Below are positions 51,801 through 63,725 of a stretch of DNA of 64,000 nucleotides, piece after piece. Within the stretch, counting starts at the first letter, position 1, and every line of letters starts with the position of its first letter. Made by a program: the position numbers and the translations under genes. Where the stretch lies: contig RECW01000142.1 in the NCBI GenBank assembly GCA_007693835.1, forward strand, positions 36,887 through 100,886. The letters run 5' to 3'. The notes under the pieces are model-generated. The model worked only from the letters and a program-made list of their open reading frames with translations, searched no databases and was not told the origin of the DNA. Source of the stretch: Paracoccaceae bacterium (GTDB lineage Bacteria > Pseudomonadota > Alphaproteobacteria > Rhodobacterales > Rhodobacteraceae).

Positions 51801-52219
51801 AGGATCGGGAACTCCGAGAGGTTGATCTCGTTGATCGTCGGCTCGTTGATGTCGGCCGGCATCTCCGCGCGCGCCTCGTCGACGAGAGCGCGGACTTCGG
51901 CCTTGGTGGCGGCCTTGTCCCAGTCGAAGCCGAACTCGAGCTGCACGGAGGCGCGGCCTTCGGCGGCGACCGTCGTCATCTTGCGGACGCCTTCGAGGCC
52001 CTGGAACTTGCTCTCCAGCGGCCGCGCCAGCAGCCGCTCCGCGTCGAGGGCGGAGACGCCGGGAAGCGTCACGCCTACGGCGAGCACGGGGATGTCGATG
52101 TCCGGGCTGCCCTCCTTGGGCAGCGCGAGGTAGGCGACGACGCCGCCCGCGATGGCGAGCAGCAGCACCACCACCATCATGCGCGCCCGCGCCATGGTCC
52201 AGTCGATCACGCCCGTCAT
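48881..52219 (-). CDS. RND-superfamily efflux permease (AcrB-like)
   Basis: 1112 aa with a 12-TM, two-large-loop architecture. N-terminus LPKEGSPDIDIPVLAVGVTLPG. Confidence 0.9.
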   Translation of the reverse strand: MTGVIDWTMARARMMVVVLLLAIAGGVVAYLALPKEGSPDIDIPVLAVGVTLPGVSALDAERLLARPLESKFQGLEGVRKMTTVAAEGRASVQLEFGFDWDKAATKAEVRALVDEARAEMPADINEPTINEINLSEFPILVVALSGDAPERTLQRLARDLQRDLEALPPVLEVGLAGQRDEMVEVLIDPLRLEAFNVTAEDLLRVVSANNRVVPAGAVEGAAGRFSVRLPGNFETADDIYATPIRVSGDRVVTLRDIAEIRRTFEDATGVARFNGAPAIALQVKQRTGENIVDTVAQVKARLEAARALWPEALREAVSVTYAMDESRSVTDMVAQLEGAVALAVALVMLVVVATLGPRPAALVGLSIPTSFLFAFLALAVFGLTLNNMVMFGLILAVGMLVDGAIVVSEYADRRLSEGATPEEAYAGAAKRMFWPIASSTATTLCAFLPMLFWPGIPGQFMGNLPRTLIFVLSASLVVALVFLPVLGVVTGRAAAGLGRLFGRRRRPPPVAAPGRRTLFGRILSPIVTNPVGPFAALAAAGVFVVGVVTFYAEHNNGVEFFVDTEPERAIVHVRARGNLSLTEKDRLVAAVERRVMDVEGVESVFAFAGASGLQTIGAPGPKDAVGQIQIELAPWNRRPPGPEVMAEVERRVADTPGVITELALRRDGPQQGKPIQLRLEANDLDVLSAAAAEARARFEALGGLVNVDDTRPLPGIDWEVTVDREAAGRFGADITGTGLLVQLVTRGALIDTIRPADSDDEIDVRVRFPESDRVLSTLETLRIRTATGLVPIGNFVTVAPRPALAEIQRFDGVRFMTVNADVAPGFNANERIAALAAGLADNPIDGVRPVFQGDQEEQAESQRFLMVAFSAALGLMFVILLAQFNSLYNSALVLSAVVLSVTGVLIGMLVTGQPLSIIMTGTGIVALAGIVVNNNIVLIDTFREFSATQPPLEAILRTAEQRIRPVLLTTITTIAGLAPMTLAASIELRGIGPGFAALFAAGPFGAEGWRALSDSVLTWGAPAALWWVQLSTAVVSGLALSTVLTLVVTPAALAARVWFWRGVAALLAAGGFGAALADRRLMREAARTPAPELIWHDPTPPVPPLAYAEAAE

Positions 52220-52232
52220 GCGGAACGCCTCA

Positions 52233-53264
52233 TCATGGCGGCGGCGCCTGCTCGATGAGCTCGACCGTCACCGCGCGGCCGTCGTCGACGAACTCCTGAC
52301 CCACGACGATCACCGTCGCGACCTCGGGCAGGCCGTCGAGCCACACGCCGTCCCGCGCGTCCGAGATGATGGCGACGGGCTGGAACCGCGCCCGCCCGTC
52401 CTCGGCGAGCCGCAGGCCGAGCCGGCCGTCACGGTCGAGCGTCAGCGCCGACTGCGGCAGGAAATGCGCGTCGCGCGGCGGCAGGGAGACGACGATCTCC
52501 GCCGTCACGCCGTCGCGCACGGCCAGGTCGGGGTTGGGCGCCGCGGCCTCGACCCGGAAAGTCCGGGTCTCGGCGTCGGCCACGCGGGCGACAAAGCGGA
52601 TCGCGCCCTTGACCGTCGCCCCGCTCGACAGCCGCGCCGTGACGGGCTGACCCGGCGCGAGGCGGTCGACGGCGCGTTCGGAGGCGAAGCCGACCAGCGC
52701 GATCGGGTCGAGCGCCACCAGTTCGGCGCAGACCGCGCCGGGTTGCAGCAGGGCGCCGAGTTCGGCCGTGTCGGTCTCCAGCACGCCGTCGAAGGGGGCG
52801 GTCATCGTGAGCCGCGCCATGTCGATCTCCGCGCGGTTGACCTGCGCGCGCGCCGCCTCGCGCCGCGCCTCGCGCGTCAGCGCCTCGGTCTCGGCCGCGA
52901 AGCCGCGCTCGGAGAGGCGCACGGCGGCCTCGAAATCGAGTTCGGCCTGCCGCAGCGTCGCCTCGGCTTCGGCCAGCGCCGCCGGCCGCTCGCCGGGGTC
53001 GAGCGCGCAGAGAGGGTCGCCCGCGCGCACCATGGCGCCGGCGCGGAGCGGCTCGGACACCACCAGCCCCGCGATCTGCGCCCGCACCTCCACGCGACGG
53101 TCCGCCTCCGTCCGCCCGCGCAGCACCAGCCGGTCCTCGAACGGCGCCGCCCGGCTCTCGACGGCGACGACGCGCGCCGGCGCGCGCTCGACCTCCGCGC
53201 CTGCGGCCGGCGCGGCGAGGAGGGCCGCGAGGGCGACCGACGACAGGGCGAAGAACTTGCGCAT
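52233..53264 (-). CDS. RND efflux periplasmic adaptor (membrane fusion protein)
   Basis: Part of track ORF 52233..53345(-). ATG 53264 follows GAGGGAG. Signal peptide MRKFFALSSVALAALLAAPAAGA, then a coiled-coil hairpin and barrel blocks. Its stop lies 13 nt upstream of the RND permease gene. Confidence 0.85.
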   Translation of the reverse strand: MRKFFALSSVALAALLAAPAAGAEVERAPARVVAVESRAAPFEDRLVLRGRTEADRRVEVRAQIAGLVVSEPLRAGAMVRAGDPLCALDPGERPAALAEAEATLRQAELDFEAAVRLSERGFAAETEALTREARREAARAQVNRAEIDMARLTMTAPFDGVLETDTAELGALLQPGAVCAELVALDPIALVGFASERAVDRLAPGQPVTARLSSGATVKGAIRFVARVADAETRTFRVEAAAPNPDLAVRDGVTAEIVVSLPPRDAHFLPQSALTLDRDGRLGLRLAEDGRARFQPVAIISDARDGVWLDGLPEVATVIVVGQEFVDDGRAVTVELIEQAPPP

Positions 53265-53501
53265 CGGGCGACGCTCCCTCATGTCGCCGGGATATGGGCG
53301 GGCGCGCGCCGTGGTCGAGATCGGCGTCCGCGCCGCGCGGCGCAAGGGCCCTGCGGAGGTTGACGCACGATCCGTCAGCCGGTTGGTACATTAGAGCGCG
53401 TCGGCCCGGCGGTCCATGGCGGCGCCATGCGGCGTGAGCGTCAGGCTTGGCGCGGGTCGGCCCCGGCGATAGGGTCGCCCCGCTTCGCGCGAGAGGGTTC
53501 A

Positions 53502-54161
53502 ATGAGCGACGCCGACAGCTTCATCCAGGAAGTCTCCGAGGAGGTGCGGCGCGACCGCCTGTTCCGCCTGTGGCGCCGCTACGCGCCGTTCGTGATCGGG
53601 GCCGTCGTGGCCGCCGTGGCGCTGACGGCGTTTCTCGAATGGCGCAAGCACGCGGCCGAGCAGGCGGCGCGCGCCGCCGGGGCCACGCTGATCGCCGCCG
53701 CGGAGGCCGCGGACCCGATGCGCCGCGCCGAGGACATGCTGCTGTCGATCGACGCCCTCTCGGGGGGCGCGGCGGCGCTCGCAACTCTGCGCGCCGCCGG
53801 CGCGCTGGCTGAGGCGGGCGAAGCAAGCGAGGCCGCGGCGCTCTACGAGACGGTGGCCGCCGACCGGGCGGCCCGCGGGCCGATCGCCGACTTCGCCGCC
53901 TTCCGGGCCGCCGCCCTGCGCGCCGCCGACGCCGACCCCGGGGCGGCCATCGAAGCGCTGGCCCCGCTCGCCGGGCCCGACGCGCCGTTCAGGCTGCTGG
54001 CGCTCGAGGCGATCGCCGCCGCCCGGCTCGCGGCCGGCGACCCGGCCGGGGCGCGCGCCGATCTCGAAACGGTGCTGGCCGATCCCGGCGCGACCGAAGG
54101 CATGCGCCTGCGCGCCGCCGAGCTTATCGCCGCCATCGGGGCGCCCGAGGCGGAGGGCTGA
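53502..54161 (+). CDS. YfgM-like membrane-anchored TPR-like protein
   Basis: Part of track ORF 53427..54161; ATG 53502. N-terminus FIQEVSEEVRRDRL followed by one TM segment and an Ala-rich helical domain. It precedes bamB and der, as in yfgM-bamB-der. Confidence 0.65.
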   Translation: MSDADSFIQEVSEEVRRDRLFRLWRRYAPFVIGAVVAAVALTAFLEWRKHAAEQAARAAGATLIAAAEAADPMRRAEDMLLSIDALSGGAAALATLRAAGALAEAGEASEAAALYETVAADRAARGPIADFAAFRAAALRAADADPGAAIEALAPLAGPDAPFRLLALEAIAAARLAAGDPAGARADLETVLADPGATEGMRLRAAELIAAIGAPEAEG

Positions 54162-54165
54162 GCCG

Positions 54166-55473
54166 ATGCGCCGCGCGCCGATCCTCGCCCTGATGCTCGC
54201 CGTCGCGGGATGTGGGCTGTTCGACGATTCGGCGCCGCCCCTGCCGGGCGAGCGCATCCCGATCCGCCAGGCCGCGCCCGAGCGGCTCGCGCCCCCGGAC
54301 GTCGCGCAGCAGGTGGCCGCCCTCGGGCCGCCGACGCGCAACGCCGACTGGGCGCAGCGCAACGCCGTCCCGACCCGCGCGCCGGGGCACCTGACGGGGC
54401 CCGCAGGCTTTTCCGAGGCGTGGCGCGTCGACGCGGGCGGCGGGGCGAGCGGCGCGGCGCGGATCACGTCGGGGCCGGTGGTCTCGGGCGGTCGGGTGTT
54501 CACGCTCGACGCGGCGTCCACCGTCTCGGCCTTCGACGCGGCGAGCGGGGCGCGGCTCTGGCGCCAGTCGCTGACGCCGGAAGGCGAGAGCGCCCGCAGC
54601 GGCTTCGGCGGCGGGCTCGCGGTCGCCGAGGGGCGCGTGATCGCGAGCACCGGCTTCGGCGAGGCGCTGGCGCTGTCGGTCTCCGACGGCTCGATCCTCT
54701 GGCGCCGCCGTCTCGGCGCGCCGTCGCGGGCCGCGCCCGCCGTCGAAGGCGGTCTCGCCGTCGTGGTGACGCGGGACGACACGGCGTTCGGGCTCGACGT
54801 CGCGAGCGGCGACGTCCGCTGGCGGGCGGTCGGGACGGTCGGCGGGGCGGGGGTGCTCGGCGGGGCGAGCCCGGCGATGGGCGGCGGTCTCGCCATCCTG
54901 CCCTTCGCCTCGGGCGAACTGGTGGCCGTCTCGGCGGCCAACGGCCGGCGCGTCTGGGCCGACGCGCTCGGCGGCGGGCGGCGCAGCCTCGCCCGCGCCG
55001 CCATCGCCGACGTGTCGGGCGACCCGGTGATCGCGGGCTTCGGCGTGTTCGCGTCGAGCCACAGCGGCGTTCTGGTCGCCATCGACGCCCGCAGCGGGCG
55101 GCGCGGCTGGGCGCGCGAGATCGGCACCACCTCGCCGGTCTGGCCGGTCGGCGCGACGCTGTTTCTGATCGACGACACCGGCCGCCTGATGCGGCTCGCC
55201 GCCGGCACCGGAGAGACGCTCTGGGTCACCGAGCTGCCGGCCTATCGCGACCCTGCGCGTCGCCGCGGCGTGATCACCTACGCGGGCCCGGTCGTGGCCT
55301 CGGATCGCGTGTGGGTGACGTCGAGCGCGGGCGAACTGCTGGCCTTCAACCCCGCGACCGGCGAGCCGCTCGGCTCGGCCCCCATTCCCGGCGGCTCGAT
55401 CACCGGGCCGGTGGTGGCGAACGGCGTGCTTTACGTGCTGTCGGACCGCGGGACGCTGCACGCCTTCCGCTGA
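54166..55473 (+). CDS. bamB: Outer-membrane assembly lipoprotein BamB (PQQ-like beta-propeller)
   Basis: 435 aa. Lipobox LMLAVAGC. Repeated G-x-L/V-x-A-x-D-x-x-x-G-x-x-x-W propeller blades. Confidence 0.8.
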   Translation: MRRAPILALMLAVAGCGLFDDSAPPLPGERIPIRQAAPERLAPPDVAQQVAALGPPTRNADWAQRNAVPTRAPGHLTGPAGFSEAWRVDAGGGASGAARITSGPVVSGGRVFTLDAASTVSAFDAASGARLWRQSLTPEGESARSGFGGGLAVAEGRVIASTGFGEALALSVSDGSILWRRRLGAPSRAAPAVEGGLAVVVTRDDTAFGLDVASGDVRWRAVGTVGGAGVLGGASPAMGGGLAILPFASGELVAVSAANGRRVWADALGGGRRSLARAAIADVSGDPVIAGFGVFASSHSGVLVAIDARSGRRGWAREIGTTSPVWPVGATLFLIDDTGRLMRLAAGTGETLWVTELPAYRDPARRRGVITYAGPVVASDRVWVTSSAGELLAFNPATGEPLGSAPIPGGSITGPVVANGVLYVLSDRGTLHAFR

Positions 55474-55521
55474 GCGCGGCGTTTTCTGGACGGGCCGGCC
55501 GTTTCGGCGTATCCGCGGGCC

Positions 55522-56880
55522 ATGTCCTTCACGCTCGCCATCGTCGGCCGGCCCAACGTCGGCAAGTCCACCCTGTTCAACCGGCTGGTGGGCAAGCGCC
55601 TTGCGCTGGTCGACGACCAGCCGGGCGTCACGCGGGACTTGCGCGAAGGCGACGCGCGGCTCGGCGACCTGTCGTTCATCGCCGTCGACACCGCCGGGCT
55701 TGAGGAGGCCGACGCCGGGTCGCTGCAGGGGCGGATGCGCAAGCTGACCGAGCGCGCCGTCGAGGAGGCGGACGTCACCCTGTTCGTGATCGACGCCCGC
55801 GCCGGCGTGACGCCGCAGGACGAGGTCTTCGCGGACATCCTGCGCCGGCGCGGCGGGCGGGTGATCCTCGCCGCCAACAAGGCCGAAGGGCGCATGGGCG
55901 TCTCCGGCGCCATGGAGGCGTGGCGGCTCGGCCTCGGCGAGCCGATCCCGGTCTCGGCCGAGCACGGCGAAGGCATGGACGACCTCTATCAGGCGCTGCG
56001 CCCCATCGCCGACGCCTTCGCCGAGCGCGAGGCGGCGGTCGAGGCCGCGCGCGACGCCGACGACCCGGCGCGGGCGATCCAGATCGCCGTGGTGGGGCGG
56101 CCGAACGCTGGCAAGTCCACCCTGGTCAACGCCATCCTCGGCGAGGATCGCCTGCTGACCGGCCCCGAAGCCGGCATCACCCGCGACGCCATCGGCCTCG
56201 ACATCGACTGGGGCGGGCGACGGTTCCGCGTTTTCGACACGGCGGGGATGCGCAAGAAGGCGAAGGTGCAAGGCAAGCTCGAAAAGCTCTCGGTCGGCGA
56301 CGGCCTGCGCGCCGTGCGCTTCGCCGAAGTGGTGATCGTGCTGCTCGACGCCGCGATACCGTTCGAGACGCAGGACCTGCGAATCGCCGATCTCGCCGAA
56401 CGGGAAGGGCGCGCCGTGGTGGTGGCGGTCAACAAGTGGGACCTGGAGCCCGACAAGCAGGCCAAGCTGAAGGAGCTGCGGGAGGCGTTCGACCGGCTGC
56501 TGCCGCAACTGCGCGGCGCGCCGCTCGTCACCGTCTCGGCGGTCACGGGCAGGGGGCTCGACCGCCTGCGCGAGGCGGTGCTGACGGTCCACGCGACATG
56601 GAACCGCCGCGTGCCGACGGCCAAGCTCAACCGCTGGCTCGCGGGCCACGTGGAGGCGCATCCGCCGCCGGCGCCGTCGGGCCGGCGCATCCGGCTGCGC
56701 TACATGACGCAGGCGAAGGCGCGGCCGCCGACCTTCGTGGTGTTCTGCTCGCGCCCCGAGGACCTGCCCGAGAGCTACACGCGCTATCTGGTGAACGGCC
56801 TGCGCCGCGACTTCGGGCTCGACGGCACGCCGATCCGCGTGATGCTGCGCAAACCCGACAACCCCTACGCCGAGGACTGA
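55522..56880 (+). CDS. der: Ribosome-assembly GTPase Der (EngA)
   Basis: 452 aa. Tandem G domains ([14 protein letters not shown] and [14 protein letters not shown]) and a KH-like C-terminus. Confidence 0.93.
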   Translation: MSFTLAIVGRPNVGKSTLFNRLVGKRLALVDDQPGVTRDLREGDARLGDLSFIAVDTAGLEEADAGSLQGRMRKLTERAVEEADVTLFVIDARAGVTPQDEVFADILRRRGGRVILAANKAEGRMGVSGAMEAWRLGLGEPIPVSAEHGEGMDDLYQALRPIADAFAEREAAVEAARDADDPARAIQIAVVGRPNAGKSTLVNAILGEDRLLTGPEAGITRDAIGLDIDWGGRRFRVFDTAGMRKKAKVQGKLEKLSVGDGLRAVRFAEVVIVLLDAAIPFETQDLRIADLAEREGRAVVVAVNKWDLEPDKQAKLKELREAFDRLLPQLRGAPLVTVSAVTGRGLDRLREAVLTVHATWNRRVPTAKLNRWLAGHVEAHPPPAPSGRRIRLRYMTQAKARPPTFVVFCSRPEDLPESYTRYLVNGLRRDFGLDGTPIRVMLRKPDNPYAED

Positions 56881-56890
56881 GGCCCCCGGG

Positions 56891-57646
56891 TCAGGGCGGG
56901 GTCCAGAAGCGGCGCCGCTCGGACGCGCCGCAGTCGGTCGTTCCGGCCTGCGCGCGCATCACGGTCGGCGGCGGCGAGAGGCCGGCGATCTCCAGAATCA
57001 TCTTGCGCTTGATCGCGGCGCGCATGTCCGCGCGGTTGTAGACGGGGATGGAGAAGGCGCCGGGCCCGCCGATCACGCAGTCGGCGTAGTAGTCGTCGAG
57101 GCTTCCCGCCATCGCCGTCGGCCGGATCATCAGGGGGAGGCCGTTGATCGTGACGCCGGTCGCCAGCGCGTCGTCGCGCGCGTCGAGCACGGGCCGCCCG
57201 CGGTTGTTCGGCCCGTCGCCGGAGATGTCGATCACCCGGCGCCAGCCCTCGAAGCCGTTGGTCGCGAGCATCTCGACGGCCGTGTCGAGCGCGCCCGAGA
57301 TCGACGTGCCGCGGATGGTGCCGAGCGGCGCTTCGGCGAGTTCGCCGGCGAAGTCCAGCAGCGCCTCGCGCGAATCGATCAGCGTCCAGTCTACGGGCAC
57401 GCGGGTTTCGCCTTCGCCCGACCATTCGAGATAGACCACGGCTATGCGCTGGTGCGCGCCGCGCTGAACGGCGGCCCACACCTCGTCGCTGCGCAGCGCG
57501 TCGACGTAGCCGTCGCGCTGCACCTCCTGCTCCTCCCGGTCCATCGAACCCGAGACGTCGACGGCGAGCACCAGCTCGAGATCGACGTCGATCGCGGCGG
57601 CCGCGCCGGCGACGGCGATCAAGGATGCGGCGAGGAAACATCTCAT
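56891..57646 (-). CDS. Secreted vWA-like DUF1194 family protein
   Basis: 251 aa. Signal peptide MRCFLAASLIAVAGAAAA. Blocks LVLAVDVSGSMD (MIDAS-like), RVIDISGDGPNN and TINGLPL. Confidence 0.78.
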   Translation of the reverse strand: MRCFLAASLIAVAGAAAAIDVDLELVLAVDVSGSMDREEQEVQRDGYVDALRSDEVWAAVQRGAHQRIAVVYLEWSGEGETRVPVDWTLIDSREALLDFAGELAEAPLGTIRGTSISGALDTAVEMLATNGFEGWRRVIDISGDGPNNRGRPVLDARDDALATGVTINGLPLMIRPTAMAGSLDDYYADCVIGGPGAFSIPVYNRADMRAAIKRKMILEIAGLSPPPTVMRAQAGTTDCGASERRRFWTPP

Positions 57647-57761
57647 GAGAGGCGAGTATGCGCCGATGCGCTCAACCGGAAAGGGCGGCGTTCGCGAAAA
57701 AGTCGCGGGGCCGTCGCACGGCTGTTTCCGTCATGGTAAAAAGTCGAGCGGGAGAAACGCG

Positions 57762-59515
<1,754 letters not shown>

Positions 59516-59528
<13 letters not shown>

Positions 59529-61417
59529 TCCGACTGCTCGCGGCCGCCCTCGGCCTGCTGATCGCGCTCCCCGCCGCGGCGCTCGACCTGCAGGAGACGC
59601 CGTCGCTCGCGGCCCTTGTCGAGAGCGGCGCGCTGCCGCCTGTCGCCGAGCGCGCGCCCGCGGCCCCGCTCGTCGTCGACCTCGCCGGGCGCGGACGCGA
59701 GATCGGCCGGCACGGCGGCGAGATCCGCACGCTGATCGGGCGCGCCCGCGACGTGCGGATGGCGGTGGTCTACGGCTACGCCCGGCTGGTGGGCTACGAC
59801 GCCGACTTCACGCTGGTTCCCGACATCCTCGAAAGTCTCGACGTGGAGGAAGGCCGGCGGTTCACCCTGCGCCTGCGCCCCGGCCACCGGTGGTCGGACG
59901 GCCATCCCTTCACCGCCGAGGACTTCCGCTACTGGTGGGAGGACGTGGCGAACAACCCCGAGCTCTCCCCCGCCGGCCCGCCCTCGCTCATGCTGGTGGA
60001 CGGCGCGCCGCCGGTCTTCACGATCATCGACGAGACGACCGTCCGCTACGAATGGCCCGCCCCGAACCCGCAGTTCCTGCCGGCGCTCGCCGCCGCGCGC
60101 CCGCCCTTCATCTATCGCCCCGCGCACCACCTGAAACAGTTCCACGCGGCCCACGCCGAGCCCGATGCGCTCGCGGCGCGGGTGGCGGCGTCCGGCGAGC
60201 GCGGCTGGGCGCCGATGCACAACCGCCGCGACGCGATGTACGACTTCGACGATCCGGCGCTGCCGACGCTCCAGCCGTGGCGCCAGACGTCGGCGCGCAA
60301 CGGCCAGCGCTACATCCTGCAGCGCAACCCGTTCTACCACCGCGTCGACCCCGAGGGCCGGCAGCTTCCTTACGTCGACCGCATCGAGATGACGGTGGCG
60401 GCGCCCGGCCTGATCCCGGCGCGCGTGAACCGGGGCGAAGTGGACCTGCAGGTGCGCGGCCTCTCGTTCTCCGACGGCGCCGTGCTGAAGCGGGGCGAGG
60501 CGGCCGGGGGCTACGTCACGTATCTCTGGACGTCGGGCTACGGTTCGGAGATCGCGCTCTATCCGTCGCTGACCGTGCGCGACCCAGCCTACCGCGCCCT
60601 GTTTCGCGACGTGCGGTTCCGGCGGGCGCTCAGCCTCGGCATCAACCGCCGGGCGATCAACCGCTCGCTGTTCTTCGGTCTCGCGGAGCCCGTTCAGATG
60701 GCGGCGCTGCCGCAAAGCCCGTTCTTCGACGAGGACCACGCCGGCGCCTGGGCCCATCACGACCCGGCGCAGGCCAACGCCCTGCTCGACGAGATCGTAC
60801 CGGACCGCGGCCGCGACGGGTTCCGACGCCTCCCCGACGGCCGGCTGCTGGAGATCGTCGCCGAGACGGCGGGCGAGCGCCGCGAGGAGATCGACGCGCT
60901 GGAGCTGATCGCCGAGATGTGGCGCGAGATCGGCGTCCGGCTGATCTTCCGCCCCCTCGACCGCGACATCCTGCGCAACCGCGCCTTCGCGGGCGAGGCG
61001 ATGATGCCGGTCTGGTTCGGCTGGAACCGCGGCGTGCCGACCCCCGAAGCGCCGCCGACCGAACTGGCGCCGGTCGATCAGAGCGTCTTTTCGTGGCCCC
61101 ACTGGGGCCAGCACCACCAGACGGCGGGCGCGGCGGGCGAGCCCGTCGACCTGCCCGAGGCCGAGCGCCTGATGGCCCTTTTCGCCGACTGGAGCCGCGC
61201 CGCGACTCCCGCGGCGCAGGCCGCGGCGGTGGCCGAGATGCTCGCCATCCACGCCGATCAGGTCTTCGCCATCGGCCTCGTCTCGGCCGCGCCGCAGCCG
61301 ATCGCGGTGTCCCGCCGCCTGCGGAACTTTCCCGAGCGCGCCGTTTTCGCGTGGGACCCCGGCGCGCATCTCGGCGTGCACCGCATCGACGAACTGTTCT
61401 ACGCGGACGCGCCATGA
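59516..61417 (+). CDS. ABC transporter substrate-binding protein, family 5 (peptide/nickel type)
   Basis: 633 aa. Signal peptide MIRLLAAALGLLIALPAAA. The alternative ATG 59525 would give an ATGA overlap with the ATPase stop. Confidence 0.85.
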
Positions 61418-62574
61418 CCCGCGCGCGCCTGCCGGAGATCGCCGGCTTCGCCCTGCTGGCGCTGGGCCTCGGCGCCTTCGCAACCGCGGCGGTCCCGCCG
61501 ACGCCGGGGGTCGCGGCCTGCGTGGCGGGTCTCGTCGCGCTGCGGCGGTCGGCGGCGCCGCTGACCCGCTACGTCGCGAACCGCTGCCTGACGATGCTCG
61601 GCGCCCTGCTCGTCATCTCGGCGCTGGTCTTCGCGATCATCGACCTGCCGCCGGGCGACTACCTCTCGAACCTGATCGCCGAGCTGCGCGCCACGGGGCA
61701 GGCCTCCAGCGTCGCGCAGGCCGAGTTCCTGATGCGCGAATACGCGCTCGACCGCCCGCTGGTCGAGCGCTATGCGATCTGGATGGGCTTCTGGCCGGGC
61801 CCGCACGGCTTCTCCGGCATCCTGCAGGGCGACTTCGGCCGAAGCTTCGAGCTCGACCGGCCGGTCGCCGACGTGGTGCGGGAGGGGATGGCCTTCACCA
61901 TCGGGCTCAACCTCGCCGTGGTGGTGTTCGTCTACCTGACCGCCCTGCCGCTCGGCGCGATCTCGGCGGTGAAGGCGAACACCTGGGTGGATTACCTCGC
62001 CGCCCTCGTCGGCTACATCGGCCTCGCCACGCCCAACTTCCTGCTCGCGCTGGTGCTGATGTACTACGGCAACGTGGCGGTGGGCCTGCCGATCGGCGGC
62101 GGCATGGCGCGCGAGTTCATCGGAGAGCCGATGAGCTGGGCCAAGTTCGGCTCCATCGCGCTGCACATGGTGGCGCCCGTCATCGTGATCGGCACCGCGG
62201 GCATGGCGGCGATGATGCGCCGGCTGCGCGCCAACCTGCTCGACGAACTCGGCAAGCCCTACGTCGTCACGGCGCGGGCCAAGGGCGTGGCGCCGGCGAC
62301 GACGGTGATCCGCTATCCGCTGCGCATGGCGCTGAACCCGTTCGTCGCCGACATCGGCAACCTGCTGCCGCAACTCGTGTCGGGCTCGGTGCTGGTCTCG
62401 GTGGTGATGAGCCTGCCGACCATCGGCCCGACGCTGCTCGCGGCGCTGCGCAGCCAGGATCTGTTCCTCTCCGGCTTCATCCTGCTCTTCGTCTCGGCGC
62501 TGACGCTGGTGGGGATGCTGATCTCCGACCTGCTGCTCGCCGTCATCGATCCGCGCATCAGGCTCGCGACATGA
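61414..62574 (+). CDS. ABC importer permease (DppB-like) with an N-terminal extension
   Basis: Part of track ORF 59890..62574. ATG 61414 overlaps the SBP TGA (ATGA). Block YVVTARAKG. Confidence 0.85.
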   Translation: MTRARLPEIAGFALLALGLGAFATAAVPPTPGVAACVAGLVALRRSAAPLTRYVANRCLTMLGALLVISALVFAIIDLPPGDYLSNLIAELRATGQASSVAQAEFLMREYALDRPLVERYAIWMGFWPGPHGFSGILQGDFGRSFELDRPVADVVREGMAFTIGLNLAVVVFVYLTALPLGAISAVKANTWVDYLAALVGYIGLATPNFLLALVLMYYGNVAVGLPIGGGMAREFIGEPMSWAKFGSIALHMVAPVIVIGTAGMAAMMRRLRANLLDELGKPYVVTARAKGVAPATTVIRYPLRMALNPFVADIGNLLPQLVSGSVLVSVVMSLPTIGPTLLAALRSQDLFLSGFILLFVSALTLVGMLISDLLLAVIDPRIRLAT

Positions 62575-63725
62575 AGGCCGACCCGGACGCGCACTACGTC
62601 TCCGACGAGCCCTACGATCCGGCGGCGGATCTCAAGGCGCTCGACCGCGCCGACCTCGACGCGTCGACGTGGCGGCTCATCCTGCGCCGGTTCAACCGCC
62701 ATCGCCTCGCCGTGGTCTCGGGCTGGTTCCTGCTCGCGATCTATCTCGCGCTGCCCTTCATCGGCTTTCTCGCGCCCTACGGCGCGACCGACCGCGACGA
62801 CGAGCGCATCTTCGCCGCGCCCCAGGCCGTGCGGCTGCTCCACGAAGGCCGCTTCGTCGGCCCCTTCGTCTACCCCCGCGTCGAGACCTTCGACATGGGC
62901 GCCTTCCGCATGGTCTCCGAGGAGGACCGGACGCGGCCGCAGCCGCTGCGGTTCTTCACGACCTGCGGCGCGCCGCACCGCTTCCTCGGGCTTGTGGAGA
63001 CGTCGTTCCGGGTGATCTGCCCGCCCGAGGGCGGGTCGTTCAACCTGCTCGGCGCCGACCGGCTCGGCCGCGACATCCACAGCCGAATCATGTGGGGGGC
63101 GCAGATCTCGCTGACGGTGGGGCTGATCGGCGTGGCGGTCAGCTTCGCCATCGGGCTCGTGCTCGGCGGCGTCGCGGGCTACTTCGGCGGCCTGACCGAC
63201 GCCGCCGTCAGCCGCGCCATCGAGGTGGTGCGCTCGCTGCCCGAACTGCCGATCTGGCTCGCGCTCTCCGCCGCCATTCCGCCCGGCTGGGGGCCGGTGA
63301 CGGTGTTCTTCATGATCTCGATCATCCTCGGCGTGCTCGACTGGCCGGGCCTCGCCCGCGCCGTGCGCTCGAAGTTCCTCGCGCTCCGCGAGGAGGACTA
63401 CGTGCGCGCCGCCGAACTGATGGGGGCCTCGCCGAAGCGGATCATCGCCGTCCACATGATGCCGAACTTCATGAGTCATCTGGTGGCCTCATGCACGCTG
63501 GCGGTGCCGTCGATGATCCTCGGCGAGACCGCGCTTTCCTTCCTCGGCCTCGGCATCCGGGCGCCCGCCGTCTCGTGGGGACTGATGCTGAACGACGCGC
63601 TCGACCTGACGGCGGTCGAGATCTACCCGTGGCTCCTCGCGCCGCTGGCGCCGGTGATGATGGTGGTGCTGGCCTACAGCTTCCTCGGCGACGGGCTGCG
63701 CGACGCCCTCGACCCCTATTCCTGA
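62571..63725 (+). CDS. ABC importer permease (DppC-like)
   Basis: 384 aa. ATGA overlap with the preceding permease. Blocks LGADRLGRD and YVRAAELMGAS. Confidence 0.88.
   Translation: MKADPDAHYVSDEPYDPAADLKALDRADLDASTWRLILRRFNRHRLAVVSGWFLLAIYLALPFIGFLAPYGATDRDDERIFAAPQAVRLLHEGRFVGPFVYPRVETFDMGAFRMVSEEDRTRPQPLRFFTTCGAPHRFLGLVETSFRVICPPEGGSFNLLGADRLGRDIHSRIMWGAQISLTVGLIGVAVSFAIGLVLGGVAGYFGGLTDAAVSRAIEVVRSLPELPIWLALSAAIPPGWGPVTVFFMISIILGVLDWPGLARAVRSKFLALREEDYVRAAELMGASPKRIIAVHMMPNFMSHLVASCTLAVPSMILGETALSFLGLGIRAPAVSWGLMLNDALDLTAVEIYPWLLAPLAPVMMVVLAYSFLGDGLRDALDPYS

Noticed and set aside
48932-52258. 1108-aa plus-strand ORF antisense to the RND pump. Similar long antisense ORFs occur at 24893..27013, 38699..41338, 54124..56661, 10178..12115, 59459..61483, 30014..32179, 31704..33386 and 33262..35157.
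   Set aside because: These are shadow ORFs typical of high-GC DNA, where stop codons are rare on the antisense strand. Their translations are R/G/A/P/D/H-rich with no recognisable motifs. Each is fully covered by a well-supported gene on the other strand.
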